Source of the DNA: Dehalococcoidia bacterium
GTDB taxonomy: Bacteria; Chloroflexota; Dehalococcoidia; UBA2979
Direction: 5' to 3'
DNA length: 64,000 bases
NCBI GenBank assembly: GCA_965262725.1
Contig: OZ253555.1
Span: 2,272,001 to 2,336,000 of the forward strand
The position numbers were made by a program, and so were the translations under genes. Shown here one piece after another: positions 48,840 through 58,262 of the stretch. Within the stretch, counting starts at the first letter, position 1. Each line of letters begins with the position of its first letter. Below the pieces are notes generated by a model. That model was not told where the DNA came from, made no database searches, and worked only from the letters and a program-made list of their open reading frames with translations.

Positions 48840-48868
48840 TTGCCCCGCGCGTCCGTCGCTTCGATAAT
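48840..48868 (+). promoter_or_regulatory. sigma70-type promoter of an intergenic small unit
   Basis: TTGCCC-N17-GATAAT; a 9-bp inverted repeat gcgtccgtc/gacggacgc flanks the -10 box. Confidence 0.55.
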
Positions 48869-48874
48869 GGATGT

Positions 48875-49127
48875 ACGCGGAGACGGACGCCGCGAATCGA
48901 CGGTGAGGAGGTGCCCTGCCCTTGGACAAGGAAGATCCGTCAACGGTGTCGCCCCCCGCCCTCTCAAGAACGGCGTAGCGGCACACCACCGGGCATCCGC
49001 CAGCGGGATGGACCGACCGTCACCGTGGCGGAGCCCCCTCGGCACCAGTCGTGGCGACACGGTCGCGCGTCGAGGCGGCACGGGCGACAAGAGATGAGAG
49101 ACGGGCCCCGGACCTCCGGGGCCCGTC
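48875..49127 (+). ncRNA. Candidate structured small RNA, containing an 18-aa ORF (48922..48978, MDKEDPSTVSPPALSRTA)
   Basis: Promoter, GAGGAGGTG SD before TTG, long-range pairings tgtcgccc/gggcgaca and tccgcca/tggcgga, terminal hairpin. Confidence 0.5.
49100..49127. terminator. Perfect hairpin between the small unit and convergent uvrB
   Basis: gacgggccccgg-acct-ccggggcccgtc. Confidence 0.65.
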
Positions 49128-49160
49128 GGCGTCCGGGGGGAGGGGCAGGGACGGAGCCGG

Positions 49161-51272
49161 TTAGCGCCGGCGGCGGCCGCGGCGCACGCCCCCCGTCCCC
49201 GACTCCGGCCGCTCGGGCGCAAGCCGCCGCAGCCCGGCCGGGGGCTCGCCCAGGAGCTCCCCCCGCAGCTCCATCACCTGGTCCCTGAGCAGCGCGGCGC
49301 GCTCGAACTCCAGATCGCGGGCGGCGTCGCGCATCTGGCGCTCCAGCTCGCTGATCAGGCGCTCCAGCTCCTCGCGCGGGAGATCTGAGGCGGCCGTGTA
49401 TGGCGCCGCCGACCGGTCGGCCGCGCGCAGCTGGTCGGTGATGTCCCGGATCGTCTTCTCGATCCCCTGGGGCGTGATGCCGTGCTCCTGGTTGTAGCCG
49501 TGCTGGAGTTCGCGCCGACGCTCCGTCTCGTCGAGAGCCCGGCGCATCGAGCCGGTGATTACGTCAGCGTAGAGGATCGCCTTTCCGCGCGGGTGCCGCG
49601 CGGCTCGCCCGATGGTCTGGATCAGCGAGCCGGAGGAGCGCAGGAATCCCTCCTTGTCGGCGTCGAGCACGCAGACGAGCGAGACCTCGGGGAGATCGAG
49701 TCCCTCGCGCAGCAGATTGATGCCGACGAGGACGTCGTACGAGCCGGTCCGCAGCTCCCGCAGGATGTCGACGCGCTCCAGGGTGTCGATCTCGGAGTGG
49801 AGGTACATCGCGCGCACGCCCATCTCCTGGAGGTAGTCGGTGAGGTCCTCGGCCATCTTCTTGGTGAGGGTCGTGACGAGTGTGCGCTCACCGCGCTCCG
49901 CGCGCGCCGTCACCTCGGCGTGGAGGTCGTCGATCTGCGCGCGCGTGGGGCGAACCTCGAGCTCCGGATCGGGCAATCCCGTCGGGCGAATCAACTGCTC
50001 GACGACCTGCGTCGAGCCCGCGAGCTCGTAGGATCCGGGGGTCGCCGAGACGTAGACGACCTGGTTCAGGTGCCCCTCGAACTCCTCGAACGAGAGCGGG
50101 CGGTTGTCGAGCGCCGAGGGGAGGCGGAAGCCGAATTCGACCAGCGTCGACTTGCGGGAGATGTCGCCCTTGTACATCCCCCCGATCTGCGGCACGGACA
50201 CGTGCGACTCGTCGACGAAGAGCAACCAGTCATCCGGGAAGTAGTGGAGCAGCGTCCACGGCGTCGAGCCGGGCGTCCGCGCCTGGAGATGGCGCGAGTA
50301 GTTCTCGATCCCCGAGCAGTACCCGACCTCTTGCAGCGTCTCGAGGTCGTAGCGCGTGCGCTCCTCGAGCCGCTGCGCTTCCAGAAGCTTCCCGCTCGCC
50401 CGCAGCTCGCCCAGTCTCCGCCCGAGCTCATCCCGGATCGTCTCGATCGCCTGCTCGAGTCGCTGCTCAGAGGTGACAAAGTGCTTCGCCGGGTAGACCG
50501 CGGTGCTCTCCACGTCGCCCAGAAGCTCGCCGGTCAGGGGATCGAGCTGGGCGATGCGCTCGATCTCGTCGCCCCAGAAGTCCACGCGCAGGGCCGTGTC
50601 GTCGTAGGCGGGGAAGATCGTCAGCGTGTCGCCGCGGACGCGGAACCGCCCGCGCTCGGGGCTGACGTCGTTGCGCTCGTACTGCATCGCGATCAGCTGG
50701 CGCACGAGCGAGGTGCGGTTCACCCGTCGTCCGCGGTAGAGGCGCATCACGAAGGACTGGTACTCCCCCGGCTCCCCCAGTCCGTAGATGCACGACACGG
50801 AAGCGACGATGATCACGTCCCGCCTCTCGAAGAGCGAGCGAGTGGCCGCGTGCCGCATCTTGTCGATCTCGTCGTTTATGTCCGCGTCCTTCGCGATGTA
50901 GGTGTCGCTGCGCGGGATGTACGCCTCCGGCTGGTAGTAGTCGTAGTAGGAGACGAAGTACTCCACGGCGTTGTGCGGGAAGAAGTCGCGGAACTCCGCG
51001 ACCAGCTGGGCGGCGAGCGTGCGATTGGGAGCGAGCACGAGCGTCGGCTGCTGCCGCTCGGCGATCACGTTCGCCATGGTGAAGGTCTTCCCCGAGCCGG
51101 TGACGCCGAGCAGCGTCTGGGCGCGGTCGCCGCGGTTGAGGCCCGCGAGGAGGCGCGCTATCGCCTCCGGCTGGTCGCCCGTCGGTCGAAAGTCGGAGAC
51201 GAGCTCGAAGGCCCGTCCCTCGCCGCTGGCAAGAGGGGCGGCGGCGGCTGTTTCCCTGGGCGGTGCGGACAC
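49161..51272 (-). CDS. uvrB: Excinuclease ABC subunit UvrB
   Basis: [57 protein letters not shown]; GTG start 51272. Confidence 0.97.
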   Translation of the reverse strand: MSAPPRETAAAAPLASGEGRAFELVSDFRPTGDQPEAIARLLAGLNRGDRAQTLLGVTGSGKTFTMANVIAERQQPTLVLAPNRTLAAQLVAEFRDFFPHNAVEYFVSYYDYYQPEAYIPRSDTYIAKDADINDEIDKMRHAATRSLFERRDVIIVASVSCIYGLGEPGEYQSFVMRLYRGRRVNRTSLVRQLIAMQYERNDVSPERGRFRVRGDTLTIFPAYDDTALRVDFWGDEIERIAQLDPLTGELLGDVESTAVYPAKHFVTSEQRLEQAIETIRDELGRRLGELRASGKLLEAQRLEERTRYDLETLQEVGYCSGIENYSRHLQARTPGSTPWTLLHYFPDDWLLFVDESHVSVPQIGGMYKGDISRKSTLVEFGFRLPSALDNRPLSFEEFEGHLNQVVYVSATPGSYELAGSTQVVEQLIRPTGLPDPELEVRPTRAQIDDLHAEVTARAERGERTLVTTLTKKMAEDLTDYLQEMGVRAMYLHSEIDTLERVDILRELRTGSYDVLVGINLLREGLDLPEVSLVCVLDADKEGFLRSSGSLIQTIGRAARHPRGKAILYADVITGSMRRALDETERRRELQHGYNQEHGITPQGIEKTIRDITDQLRAADRSAAPYTAASDLPREELERLISELERQMRDAARDLEFERAALLRDQVMELRGELLGEPPAGLRRLAPERPESGTGGVRRGRRRR

Positions 51273-51364
51273 GGATCGTCCCCTGCCCCGGCCTGATCGT
51301 CCCGGCCGCGGCGCGGCCGGCGAGGCCTCCTGCGGTGCCCAGTGTAGCGCGCCGGCGAGCACGC

Positions 51365-52018
51365 TCAGCCGGAGCTCGCGCCCCCTCCGCGCGTTGCCTG
51401 CCGCTCAAGGACCGAGCGCAGCAGTGCCTCGAGCCCGGTCGCGGCGGGGTCGGCGCGGAGCGCCTGGTCGACCAGACGCTCCGCCTCGCGGCGCCCGTAC
51501 TGCAGGGCGATCAGGGCGTCGACCGCGTCCTCGCGGAGCTCGTTCGCCGCGGCCCCGCGCGGGCGGCCGGACGTGTAGGGCTCCTCGGGGCCCAGCGCCG
51601 CCTCGATCAGCCGCCCCCGCAGCCTGGCGACGATGGTCTGCGCCAGCCTGGGGCCGATGCCAGGAAGACGCTGCAGGGCGTGGACGTCCTCGGACTCCAC
51701 CCAGCGCGCGATCTCCGGGACCGGGTGCGTGAGCGCGCGCACCGCCTTCACCGGTCCGACATCGGGGACCTCGATGAAGATCCGGAAGAAGTTGCGGTCG
51801 GCTGCGCGCGGGAAGCCGACGAGGAGCGGCTGGGGACTCCGCTCCGAGACGTGGTAGTAGGTGTGGAGGTGGATCTCCGCGCCCTCGGCATGTCCGGCCA
51901 CCCATTCCGCGGCGAACGCCGGCACGACGACCTCGTAGATGACGCCCGAGACGTCCACCCAGGCGGTCGCCGTCGGCTCGTCCCAGCGCGCGAGAGCGCC
52001 GCGCAGCCCCGCGATCAC
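51365..52018 (-). CDS. ruvA: Holliday junction branch migration protein RuvA
   Basis: [43 protein letters not shown]. Confidence 0.88.
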   Translation of the reverse strand: MIAGLRGALARWDEPTATAWVDVSGVIYEVVVPAFAAEWVAGHAEGAEIHLHTYYHVSERSPQPLLVGFPRAADRNFFRIFIEVPDVGPVKAVRALTHPVPEIARWVESEDVHALQRLPGIGPRLAQTIVARLRGRLIEAALGPEEPYTSGRPRGAAANELREDAVDALIALQYGRREAERLVDQALRADPAATGLEALLRSVLERQATRGGGASSG

Positions 52019-52560
52019 GGTCGGCCGCTCGCCCGAAGTCGGGCGTCGAGCCGCGCCTCCGCGAGCCGCGTCAGAGCGATGGCGATCGCATCCGAGACGT
52101 CGAGAGGCGAGGGCGGCTCGTCCAGGGCGAGCTGCAGAATCACCATCGCACGCACCTGCTCCTTCGGCGCACCGCCGTACCCCGCGACCGCCTCCTTCAC
52201 CTCGGTCGGCGCATAGGTGAACACCGGAAGCCCGGCCGCCGCGGCCGCGATCATCGCGGCCGCTCGCGCCTCTCCGATCGCCATCGCGGAGCGAACGTTC
52301 TCCGCTACGAACTGCTGCTCGATCGCCACCTCCCGGGGCCCGTGCTCCGCGATGCGGGCGGCCAGTCCCTCGGCGATCCGGTGGAGGCGCACCGAGCGCT
52401 CGTCGGCAGCTCGCGTGCGGAGCGCGCCCGACGCCACCAGCCGCGGCTGGTGTGGACCGCCTTCGAGCACCGCCCACCCGGTCACCGCGAGGCCGGGGTC
52501 GACCCCGAGCACGCGGCCGCCGGCCTCCACCCCGGGCGCGACGCCCGCATCCGCGCTCAC
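52015..52560 (-). CDS. ruvC: Crossover junction endodeoxyribonuclease RuvC
   Basis: LGVDPGLAVTG, AIEQQF, YAPTEVK..GYGGAPKEQV, DVSDAIAIA. Confidence 0.95.
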   Translation of the reverse strand: MSADAGVAPGVEAGGRVLGVDPGLAVTGWAVLEGGPHQPRLVASGALRTRAADERSVRLHRIAEGLAARIAEHGPREVAIEQQFVAENVRSAMAIGEARAAAMIAAAAAGLPVFTYAPTEVKEAVAGYGGAPKEQVRAMVILQLALDEPPSPLDVSDAIAIALTRLAEARLDARLRASGRP

Positions 52561-52640
52561 CTCATCGTGCGTGTTCGCCGGGATGGTGCCGGCGGCGCTT
52601 CCCTCCGACTGCGTCCCGCGCGCACGCGCGGTCCCGGGGC

Positions 52641-53390
52641 TCAGCCCGCCGCCTCCAGCACGCCGGCAGGGAAGTCGGCGTTCGAGTAGACGCGCGAGAC
52701 GTCATCGAGCTCGTCGAGCCGATCGAGCAGGCGCAACATCTGCTCCCCCGCCTTCTCGTCGAGCGTCACCGTGCTCTGGGGAACACGCGCGATCTCGGCG
52801 CGCACGACCTCGAAGCCGGCCTCGACGAGCCGATCGCGGATGCCCTCCAGCTCGCCGGGCCCGGTCACGACCTCGACCTCCCCGTCGTCGACCGAGATGT
52901 CGTCGGCTCCCGCCTCGATCGCGGCGAGCTGCACCTCGTCGGGATCGGTGCCGGCCGCGGAGACCGCGAGCAGCCCACGCAGGTCGAACTGCCACGAGAC
53001 GGCGCCCGCGTCCGCGAGGTTGCCGCCGCCGCGCGTGAAGGCGAGGCGCACCTCCGCGACGGTGCGGTTGCGATTGTCGGTGACGGTCTCCACGAGCACC
53101 GCGGTGCCCCCCGGGCCGTAGCCCTCGTACGTGGCCTCCACCAGGTGGGCGCCGTCACCCCCGCCGACTGCGCGCTGGATCGCGCGCTCGATGTTGGCGT
53201 TGGGCATGTTGGCGTCTCTGGCGCGCTGCATCGCGAGCCGAAGCGCCGAGTTCGTCGTCGGATCGGCGCTCGATCCCTTGGTCGCCGCGACCGTGATCTC
53301 TCGCGCGAGCTTGGTGAAGAGCTGGCCGCGCTTCGCGTCGAGCGCGCCCTTCTTGTGCTTGATCGAGGACCACTTGGAGTGTCCGGACAC
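52641..53390 (-). CDS. YebC/PmpR family protein
   Basis: MSGHSKWSSIKHKK, YEGYGPGG, TDNRNRT, LDDVSRVYSN. Confidence 0.96.
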   Translation of the reverse strand: MSGHSKWSSIKHKKGALDAKRGQLFTKLAREITVAATKGSSADPTTNSALRLAMQRARDANMPNANIERAIQRAVGGGDGAHLVEATYEGYGPGGTAVLVETVTDNRNRTVAEVRLAFTRGGGNLADAGAVSWQFDLRGLLAVSAAGTDPDEVQLAAIEAGADDISVDDGEVEVVTGPGELEGIRDRLVEAGFEVVRAEIARVPQSTVTLDEKAGEQMLRLLDRLDELDDVSRVYSNADFPAGVLEAAG

Positions 53391-53461
53391 CGTGCCCCTC
53401 CGGGACGCCGGCCGCCGGATCGCGGCCGCGACCTATGCTAGCGGCGCGGCCGGTCGGGGCG

Positions 53462-54319
53462 CTACGGCCTGAGCCTGACATTGTCGATGAGGCGGGTCCC
53501 GCCGACCCGGGCGGCGAGCGAGAGCACGGCCTCCCCGGGGACCTCGCCGTCTAGCTCCCCGCTCATCCCGGCATCGGCGAGCGAGATGTAGTCGAGGACG
53601 GCGAGCGGCTGCGAGGAGACGCAATCCGCGACGATCCGGCGCAGCTGTGCCGCGTCGCGCACGCCGTCAGCGAAGGCCGCTTCCGCTGCGCGCAGGCCGG
53701 TCGAGAGAGAGCGCGCCTGCCCGCGCTCCTCCGGCGAGAGGTAGACGTTGCGCGACGAGAGCGCGATCCCGTCCGGGTCACGCACCGTGGGGCACGCGAC
53801 CACCTGGACCGGGAGTGCGAGGTCGGAGACGAGCCGGCGGATCACGGCGAGCTGCTGAGCGTCCTTCTCCCCGAAATAGGCGCGATCCGGAGTGATGATC
53901 GAGAGCAGCACCGTCACGACCGTCGCGACGCCCGTGAAGTGTCCCGGGCGGGAGACGCCCTCTGGCCGCTCCTCCGCGCCGGCGACCGTGACCGTCGTGG
54001 CGTGACCCGGCGGGTAGATCTCCTCGAGCGCGGGGGCGAAGAGAAGGTCGACTCCTGCCTCGGCGAAGAGCCGGGCGTCGCGCTCCTCGTCCCGGGGGTA
54101 GTTCGCGAAGTCCTCCTTCGGTCCGAACTGCGCCGGGTTGACGAAGAGGGAGGCGACGACCGAGGCGCACTCTCCGCGCGCGCGACCCACCAGAGAGAGG
54201 TGCCCCTCGTGCAGCCCTCCCATCGTCGGCACCAGACCGACCGGCGGCTCGAGCACTCCCCGCGCGGCACGTACCTCGCCGATGGTGCGGACGAGCTGCA
54301 TCTTCCCGGCGGCGGGCAT
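53462..54319 (-). CDS. panC: Pantoate-beta-alanine ligase
   Basis: VPTMGGLHEGH, FVNPAQF, RPGHFTGV, YFGEKDAQQ, ALSSRN, RLIDN. Confidence 0.96.
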   Translation of the reverse strand: MPAAGKMQLVRTIGEVRAARGVLEPPVGLVPTMGGLHEGHLSLVGRARGECASVVASLFVNPAQFGPKEDFANYPRDEERDARLFAEAGVDLLFAPALEEIYPPGHATTVTVAGAEERPEGVSRPGHFTGVATVVTVLLSIITPDRAYFGEKDAQQLAVIRRLVSDLALPVQVVACPTVRDPDGIALSSRNVYLSPEERGQARSLSTGLRAAEAAFADGVRDAAQLRRIVADCVSSQPLAVLDYISLADAGMSGELDGEVPGEAVLSLAARVGGTRLIDNVRLRP

Positions 54320-54321
54320 GG

Positions 54322-55290
54322 TTAGTCGCGGTCGGCTGATCCGCCGCCCGCCGGATCCGAGCCGCGCGGGCCGTACAGCTCGGCACGCTCCGCCTCGGGT
54401 CCCTCGGCGGCGGCGGGGGGCGCGTCCTCGGGCGGCCCCCCGGCGTTCTGCCGCGTCATCCGCTCGATGAGCGCGAGCGCGCGCTCGTCCATGTAGAAGG
54501 ACTCCGCGGCGGCGGGGAAGGATCCGTCGGCGACCGCCTCCCGGTAGGAGGTGAGCGCCTCGCGTGCCAGGCGGGCCCCCTCCATGAAGCGGCGGGCGTG
54601 CTTCGGCTCGAAGTCCTCGTAGAGGCCAAGCATGTCGTGCAGCACCTGGACCTGGCCGCTGCAGAAGGGCCCCGCGCCGATCCCGATGGTGGGGACGCGC
54701 ACTCGCTCGGTGATCATGTGGGCGAGCGCGGTGGGGATCGTCTCGAGGACGACCGCGTAGGCGCCGGCCTCCTCGAGCGACTTCGCGTCCGAGATCAGGC
54801 GCACGCCGTCACGGGGCGTCTTGCCCTGGACGCGGAATCCGCCGAGCTGGTGGACCGACTGCGGCGTGAGGCCGATGTGCCCCATCACGGGAATCCCGGC
54901 CTCCACGAGCCGCCGTACGGTCTCGGCGATGCGGGTTCCCCCCTCAAGCTTCACGGCGCCGGCGCCCGTCTCGCTCAGGACGCGCGTCGCCGCGCGCATC
55001 GCGTCCTGCCAGCCGGTCTGGTACGTGCCGAACGGGAGGTCGACGACGACGTGCGCGCGCTGCGCTCCCCGCATCACGGCCCGCGCGTGGTGAATCATGT
55101 CGTCGAGCGTGACAGGGAGCGTCGAGTCATAGCCGAGCACGACCATCCCGAGGCTGTCCCCCACGAGGATCGCCGGGATCTCCGCCTCGTCGGCGAGCTT
55201 CGCCGAGGGGTAGTCGTAGGCCGTGACCATCGCGATCGGCTCGCCGCGATCCCGCATGCGCTGGAGATCGACAGTCGTGAGGCGCCTCAC
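54322..55290 (-). CDS. panB: 3-methyl-2-oxobutanoate hydroxymethyltransferase
   Basis: TAYDY, LVGDSLGM, DLPFG, VKLEGG, GHIGLTPQS, IGIGAG, GQVQV. Confidence 0.97.
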   Translation of the reverse strand: MRRLTTVDLQRMRDRGEPIAMVTAYDYPSAKLADEAEIPAILVGDSLGMVVLGYDSTLPVTLDDMIHHARAVMRGAQRAHVVVDLPFGTYQTGWQDAMRAATRVLSETGAGAVKLEGGTRIAETVRRLVEAGIPVMGHIGLTPQSVHQLGGFRVQGKTPRDGVRLISDAKSLEEAGAYAVVLETIPTALAHMITERVRVPTIGIGAGPFCSGQVQVLHDMLGLYEDFEPKHARRFMEGARLAREALTSYREAVADGSFPAAAESFYMDERALALIERMTRQNAGGPPEDAPPAAAEGPEAERAELYGPRGSDPAGGGSADRD

Positions 55291-55344
55291 GACACGCCCT
55301 CGGCACAGCGGCCCCGGTGCCCACCCTCGATACGGCTTCTCGTC

Positions 55345-55395
55345 ATGGCGGCTCCGTCTCGGTCTCGTCGATCCAAGCGGATGTGTCCTGCGGCC
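55345..55395 (-). ncRNA. pan RNA motif (cis-regulatory element upstream of pantothenate genes)
   Basis: Minus strand ATCCGCTTGGAT-CGAC-GAGACCGAGACGG in the panB 5' UTR matches my recollection of the pan motif; boundaries approximate. Confidence 0.75.
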
Positions 55396-55499
55396 GGACC
55401 GGTCGTCCCCGGCGAACGCGGCGCCCGTACGCGCCCCGCCGCACTCCCTCGCCGCCGCTCGCGCGGTCGGCGGGCTCGGACTGCCGCTCCGGCGCGCCG

Positions 55500-55528
55500 A
55501 GTATCGAAAGCGACGGCCCGACTGTCAA
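55500..55528 (-). promoter_or_regulatory. panBC promoter
   Basis: TTGACA-N17-GATACT. Confidence 0.7.
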
Positions 55529-55550
55529 CGTGCCGCCCGCCCGGTGCCCG

Positions 55551-56606
55551 TCACGCGGAGGCGGCGGGCACCCCGTGAAGAGCGGTCGCGAGGCGCACGG
55601 CGCGCAGCACGGCCCGCTCCACGGCGCGCGCGGCGAGCGCCTCGAGCGCCACGATGCGTCCCGGCGCCAGCTCCACCGCCCCCGTCGCGAGCCCGAAGAC
55701 GGTATCGCCGTCCCCGCGCGTGTGCGCCGGCAGGATCGTTCGCGCGAGGCCAGCGTGTGCGGCGCTCGCGAGCACGCTTGCCTGCGCCTTGGTGAGCCGC
55801 GCGTCGGTCGCCACGACGGCGAGCGTCGTGTTCTCCGGAGGGGCCGAGGCGACCGGAGGGCGTGCGCCCGAGCGCAGGAGCTCGATCGGATCGGACACGC
55901 CGTCCTCCGCCGGCCGCGGCGCGGCGACGCTCTCGCCGGTGGCGGGGTCGATGATCGCGCCGAGCGCGTTCACGGCGACGAGCGCCGCGACCACGATCTC
56001 CGGGTGCCGGGCGCCCGGTACGGCCTGAAACCGCTCGCTCGCCGTCCCCAGTCCCCCCTTCGCGCAGCGCTCGGCGCCGGCCACCTTCGCCACGGTCGCG
56101 CCCGTCCCGGCGCCGACCGAGCCCTCCGCGACGCGGCCGCCCCGGGCCGCGCGCGCCGCGCGGTATCCCTCCTCCGGGCCGGGTGACCAGGGGCGGCCGA
56201 CCGAGAGGTCGTAGAGGATGGCGCCGGGAACGATCGGTATCCGCCTCGGAGCCTCGCGCGGGCCGACCGGGAAACCCACGTCCCGCTCCTGGAGCAGGCG
56301 TACGACTCCGTCGGCCGCGGCGAGCCCGGGAGCGGAGCCGCCGGCGAGGACGATCGCATGCACCTCTTCCACGAGCGTGCCCGGGCGCAGCAGGTCGGTC
56401 TCGCGCGTGCCGGGCGCCCCGCCGCGCACGTCGACGCCCCCCACCGTCCCGGGCGGGGTGAGCACGACGGTCACGCCGGTCGCGCGGCGCCGGCTGCTCC
56501 AGTGGCCGACGCGAATCCCCGCGACGTCGGTGATGCGCCCCTCGTCCCGGGGCGGCGAGGCGCCGCGCGGGCGCGGGCCCGCGGTGGAGGCGCGGTCCGC
56601 CGGCAT
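55551..56606 (-). CDS. P1/S58 family peptidase (DmpA/ThnT-like)
   Basis: ITDVAGIRVGH, DVRGGAPGTRETD, LAGGSA, VGAGTGA, VNALG, ENTTLAVVATDA, HTRGDGD. Confidence 0.9.
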   Translation of the reverse strand: MPADRASTAGPRPRGASPPRDEGRITDVAGIRVGHWSSRRRATGVTVVLTPPGTVGGVDVRGGAPGTRETDLLRPGTLVEEVHAIVLAGGSAPGLAAADGVVRLLQERDVGFPVGPREAPRRIPIVPGAILYDLSVGRPWSPGPEEGYRAARAARGGRVAEGSVGAGTGATVAKVAGAERCAKGGLGTASERFQAVPGARHPEIVVAALVAVNALGAIIDPATGESVAAPRPAEDGVSDPIELLRSGARPPVASAPPENTTLAVVATDARLTKAQASVLASAAHAGLARTILPAHTRGDGDTVFGLATGAVELAPGRIVALEALAARAVERAVLRAVRLATALHGVPAASA

Positions 56607-56610
56607 GCCC

Positions 56611-57525
56611 CTAGCCCGCGAAGGCGATAGGCAGCCGGGCCGGGACGGCGATGTCGACGAAGGCACCGACGCGCCGGAGGTACTCCTCCGGGTGCTCGAG
56701 GAAGGCGCCGCAATGGCCCGCCTCCGGCGCGACCCACACCTCGTGCCGCCTGCTGAGCGAGGCCGCCGCGATGTTCAGGGTCTGATGCGGCGGGATGTGT
56801 TCGTCCAGTTCCCCGCAGACGAACAGGATCGGGACCGCCTCGGCCCGCGCCACCGCGGCCATCGGATCGAGGGCGTCGACGTCGGCGTCGAAGATCCTGC
56901 GGGCGAGCACGCAGGCGAGCGCGAAGAGGTAGCCCGGCACGCGGGAGTGCTGCCACCGCCGCTGCTCGCGCATGGACGCGATGGGTGAATCCGCGATCAC
57001 CGCCGCGACCGGGCTCTCGGCGACCGCGACGGCTTCGAGCGCGAGCGAGGCGCCGAGCCCAAAGCCGTGGAGCAGCACGGGAATCTCTGGAGCCCGGCGG
57101 GTCGCGTAGGTGATCGCCGCGACCACGTCCACGAGCTCCGGCCCGCCGAGCCGGTCCCGGCCGCCGGGGGATTCTCCGCGCCCGCGCAGGTCGAAGGCGA
57201 GCACGTGGAAGCCGCGACGCACGTACTCGTGCTCGAGCTCGAGCAGCCCATGGCTCTCGTCGGCCCGCGTTCCGTCGCTGTCGTGCACCACGGTGACGGT
57301 CGCCCGCGCGCCCGGCGCCTCGATGAACCAGCCACGCAGCGGCACGCGGTCGGCGGTGTGGAAGCGCACGTCCTGGTAGCGCAGCCCCGCGTCGCCCGGC
57401 GTGCCGCGTACGCGACGGCGCGGCGATCTGGTCAGCACGTTGGCCAGGCACAGCGCGGCTGCAACGTGCGCGAGCACGGCGATCGCAAGAACGACACTGA
57501 CAAGCGCCAGCATCACCATGAACAT
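56611..57525 (-). CDS. Membrane-anchored alpha/beta hydrolase fold protein (nucleophile position is Gly)
   Basis: TM segment, LRGWF, FDLRGRGES, LHGFGLGA, GELDEHIP, AGH; start uncertain (57525 or 57561). Confidence 0.8.
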   Translation of the reverse strand: MFMVMLALVSVVLAIAVLAHVAAALCLANVLTRSPRRRVRGTPGDAGLRYQDVRFHTADRVPLRGWFIEAPGARATVTVVHDSDGTRADESHGLLELEHEYVRRGFHVLAFDLRGRGESPGGRDRLGGPELVDVVAAITYATRRAPEIPVLLHGFGLGASLALEAVAVAESPVAAVIADSPIASMREQRRWQHSRVPGYLFALACVLARRIFDADVDALDPMAAVARAEAVPILFVCGELDEHIPPHQTLNIAAASLSRRHEVWVAPEAGHCGAFLEHPEEYLRRVGAFVDIAVPARLPIAFAG

Positions 57526-57631
57526 CCACCCCGCCCGGACGGCCCGGATGCGTACCGCCAAGCGTCGCGCACACTACTACTGCGGGGCCCCCGCCTCAAG
57601 CCCGGCGGCGCGGCCAGAGAGAAGCGGCGCC

Positions 57632-58258
57632 TCAGCGTACGGCGAGGACGGCGAGCACGAGGCCTGCGACGATGAAGAGCGCCCCCGACAGGCGCTCGAC
57701 GGCCGGCCCGGGGAGCAGGCGCGCGAGGCGCACGCCGGCGACGATCGCGAGCGCGTCGGCCGCCGTCATCCCCGCCGCTGCTCCCAGCCAGACGAGCAGC
57801 CCCCGACCGGGATCGACGCCGGCGAGGGAGATCGTCGCGAGCTGCGTCTTGTCCCCGAGCTCGGCGACGGTGAGCCCGACGACGAGCACCGCTCCCAGGA
57901 CGAGCGGAGCCCACCTCGTGTCGGCGCGGCGCGCCCTGGCGAGGAGCGCCGGCACGCCGTGCTCAGGCTCCCCGGCCCCGTCGTCCTCCCCGCCGGCGAA
58001 CGAGGCGTGCACGGTCCAGGCTCCCACCGCGACGAAGAGGAGGGCCGACCCCGCCTCCGCCAGGCGTCGCGGCAGTATCTCGCCGGCGGTGGCGCCGATC
58101 AGGACGGCCGCTCCCATGATCAGGGCGGCGGAGAGCGCGACCGCGGGGAGCAGCACGGCGATGCGCGCTCGCGCCGCCACCACCAGGACGAGCAGCATCG
58201 ACTTGTCGCCGAGCTCGGCGAGGAAGATGAGGGCGAAGCTCGAGGCGAGCGTTCCCAC
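57632..58258 (-). CDS. TMEM165/GDT1 family cation transporter
   Basis: Two ELGDK(S/T) motifs. Confidence 0.9.
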   Translation of the reverse strand: MGTLASSFALIFLAELGDKSMLLVLVVAARARIAVLLPAVALSAALIMGAAVLIGATAGEILPRRLAEAGSALLFVAVGAWTVHASFAGGEDDGAGEPEHGVPALLARARRADTRWAPLVLGAVLVVGLTVAELGDKTQLATISLAGVDPGRGLLVWLGAAAGMTAADALAIVAGVRLARLLPGPAVERLSGALFIVAGLVLAVLAVR

Positions 58259-58262
58259 GGTG

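Noticed and set aside
49036-49047. 12-nt match (ccctcggcacca) to the tRNA-Phe 3' end, a possible att site; a similar 11-mer lies near 55296
   Set aside because: It is inverted relative to the tRNA, the region between holds core genes, there is no integrase, and short GC-rich matches are expected by chance
48875-49127. tmRNA or SRP RNA as the identity of the ftsK-uvrB element
   Set aside because: No tRNA-like acceptor/T-arm ends, no tag ending in AA, and no SRP CAGG-GNRA-AGCA loop
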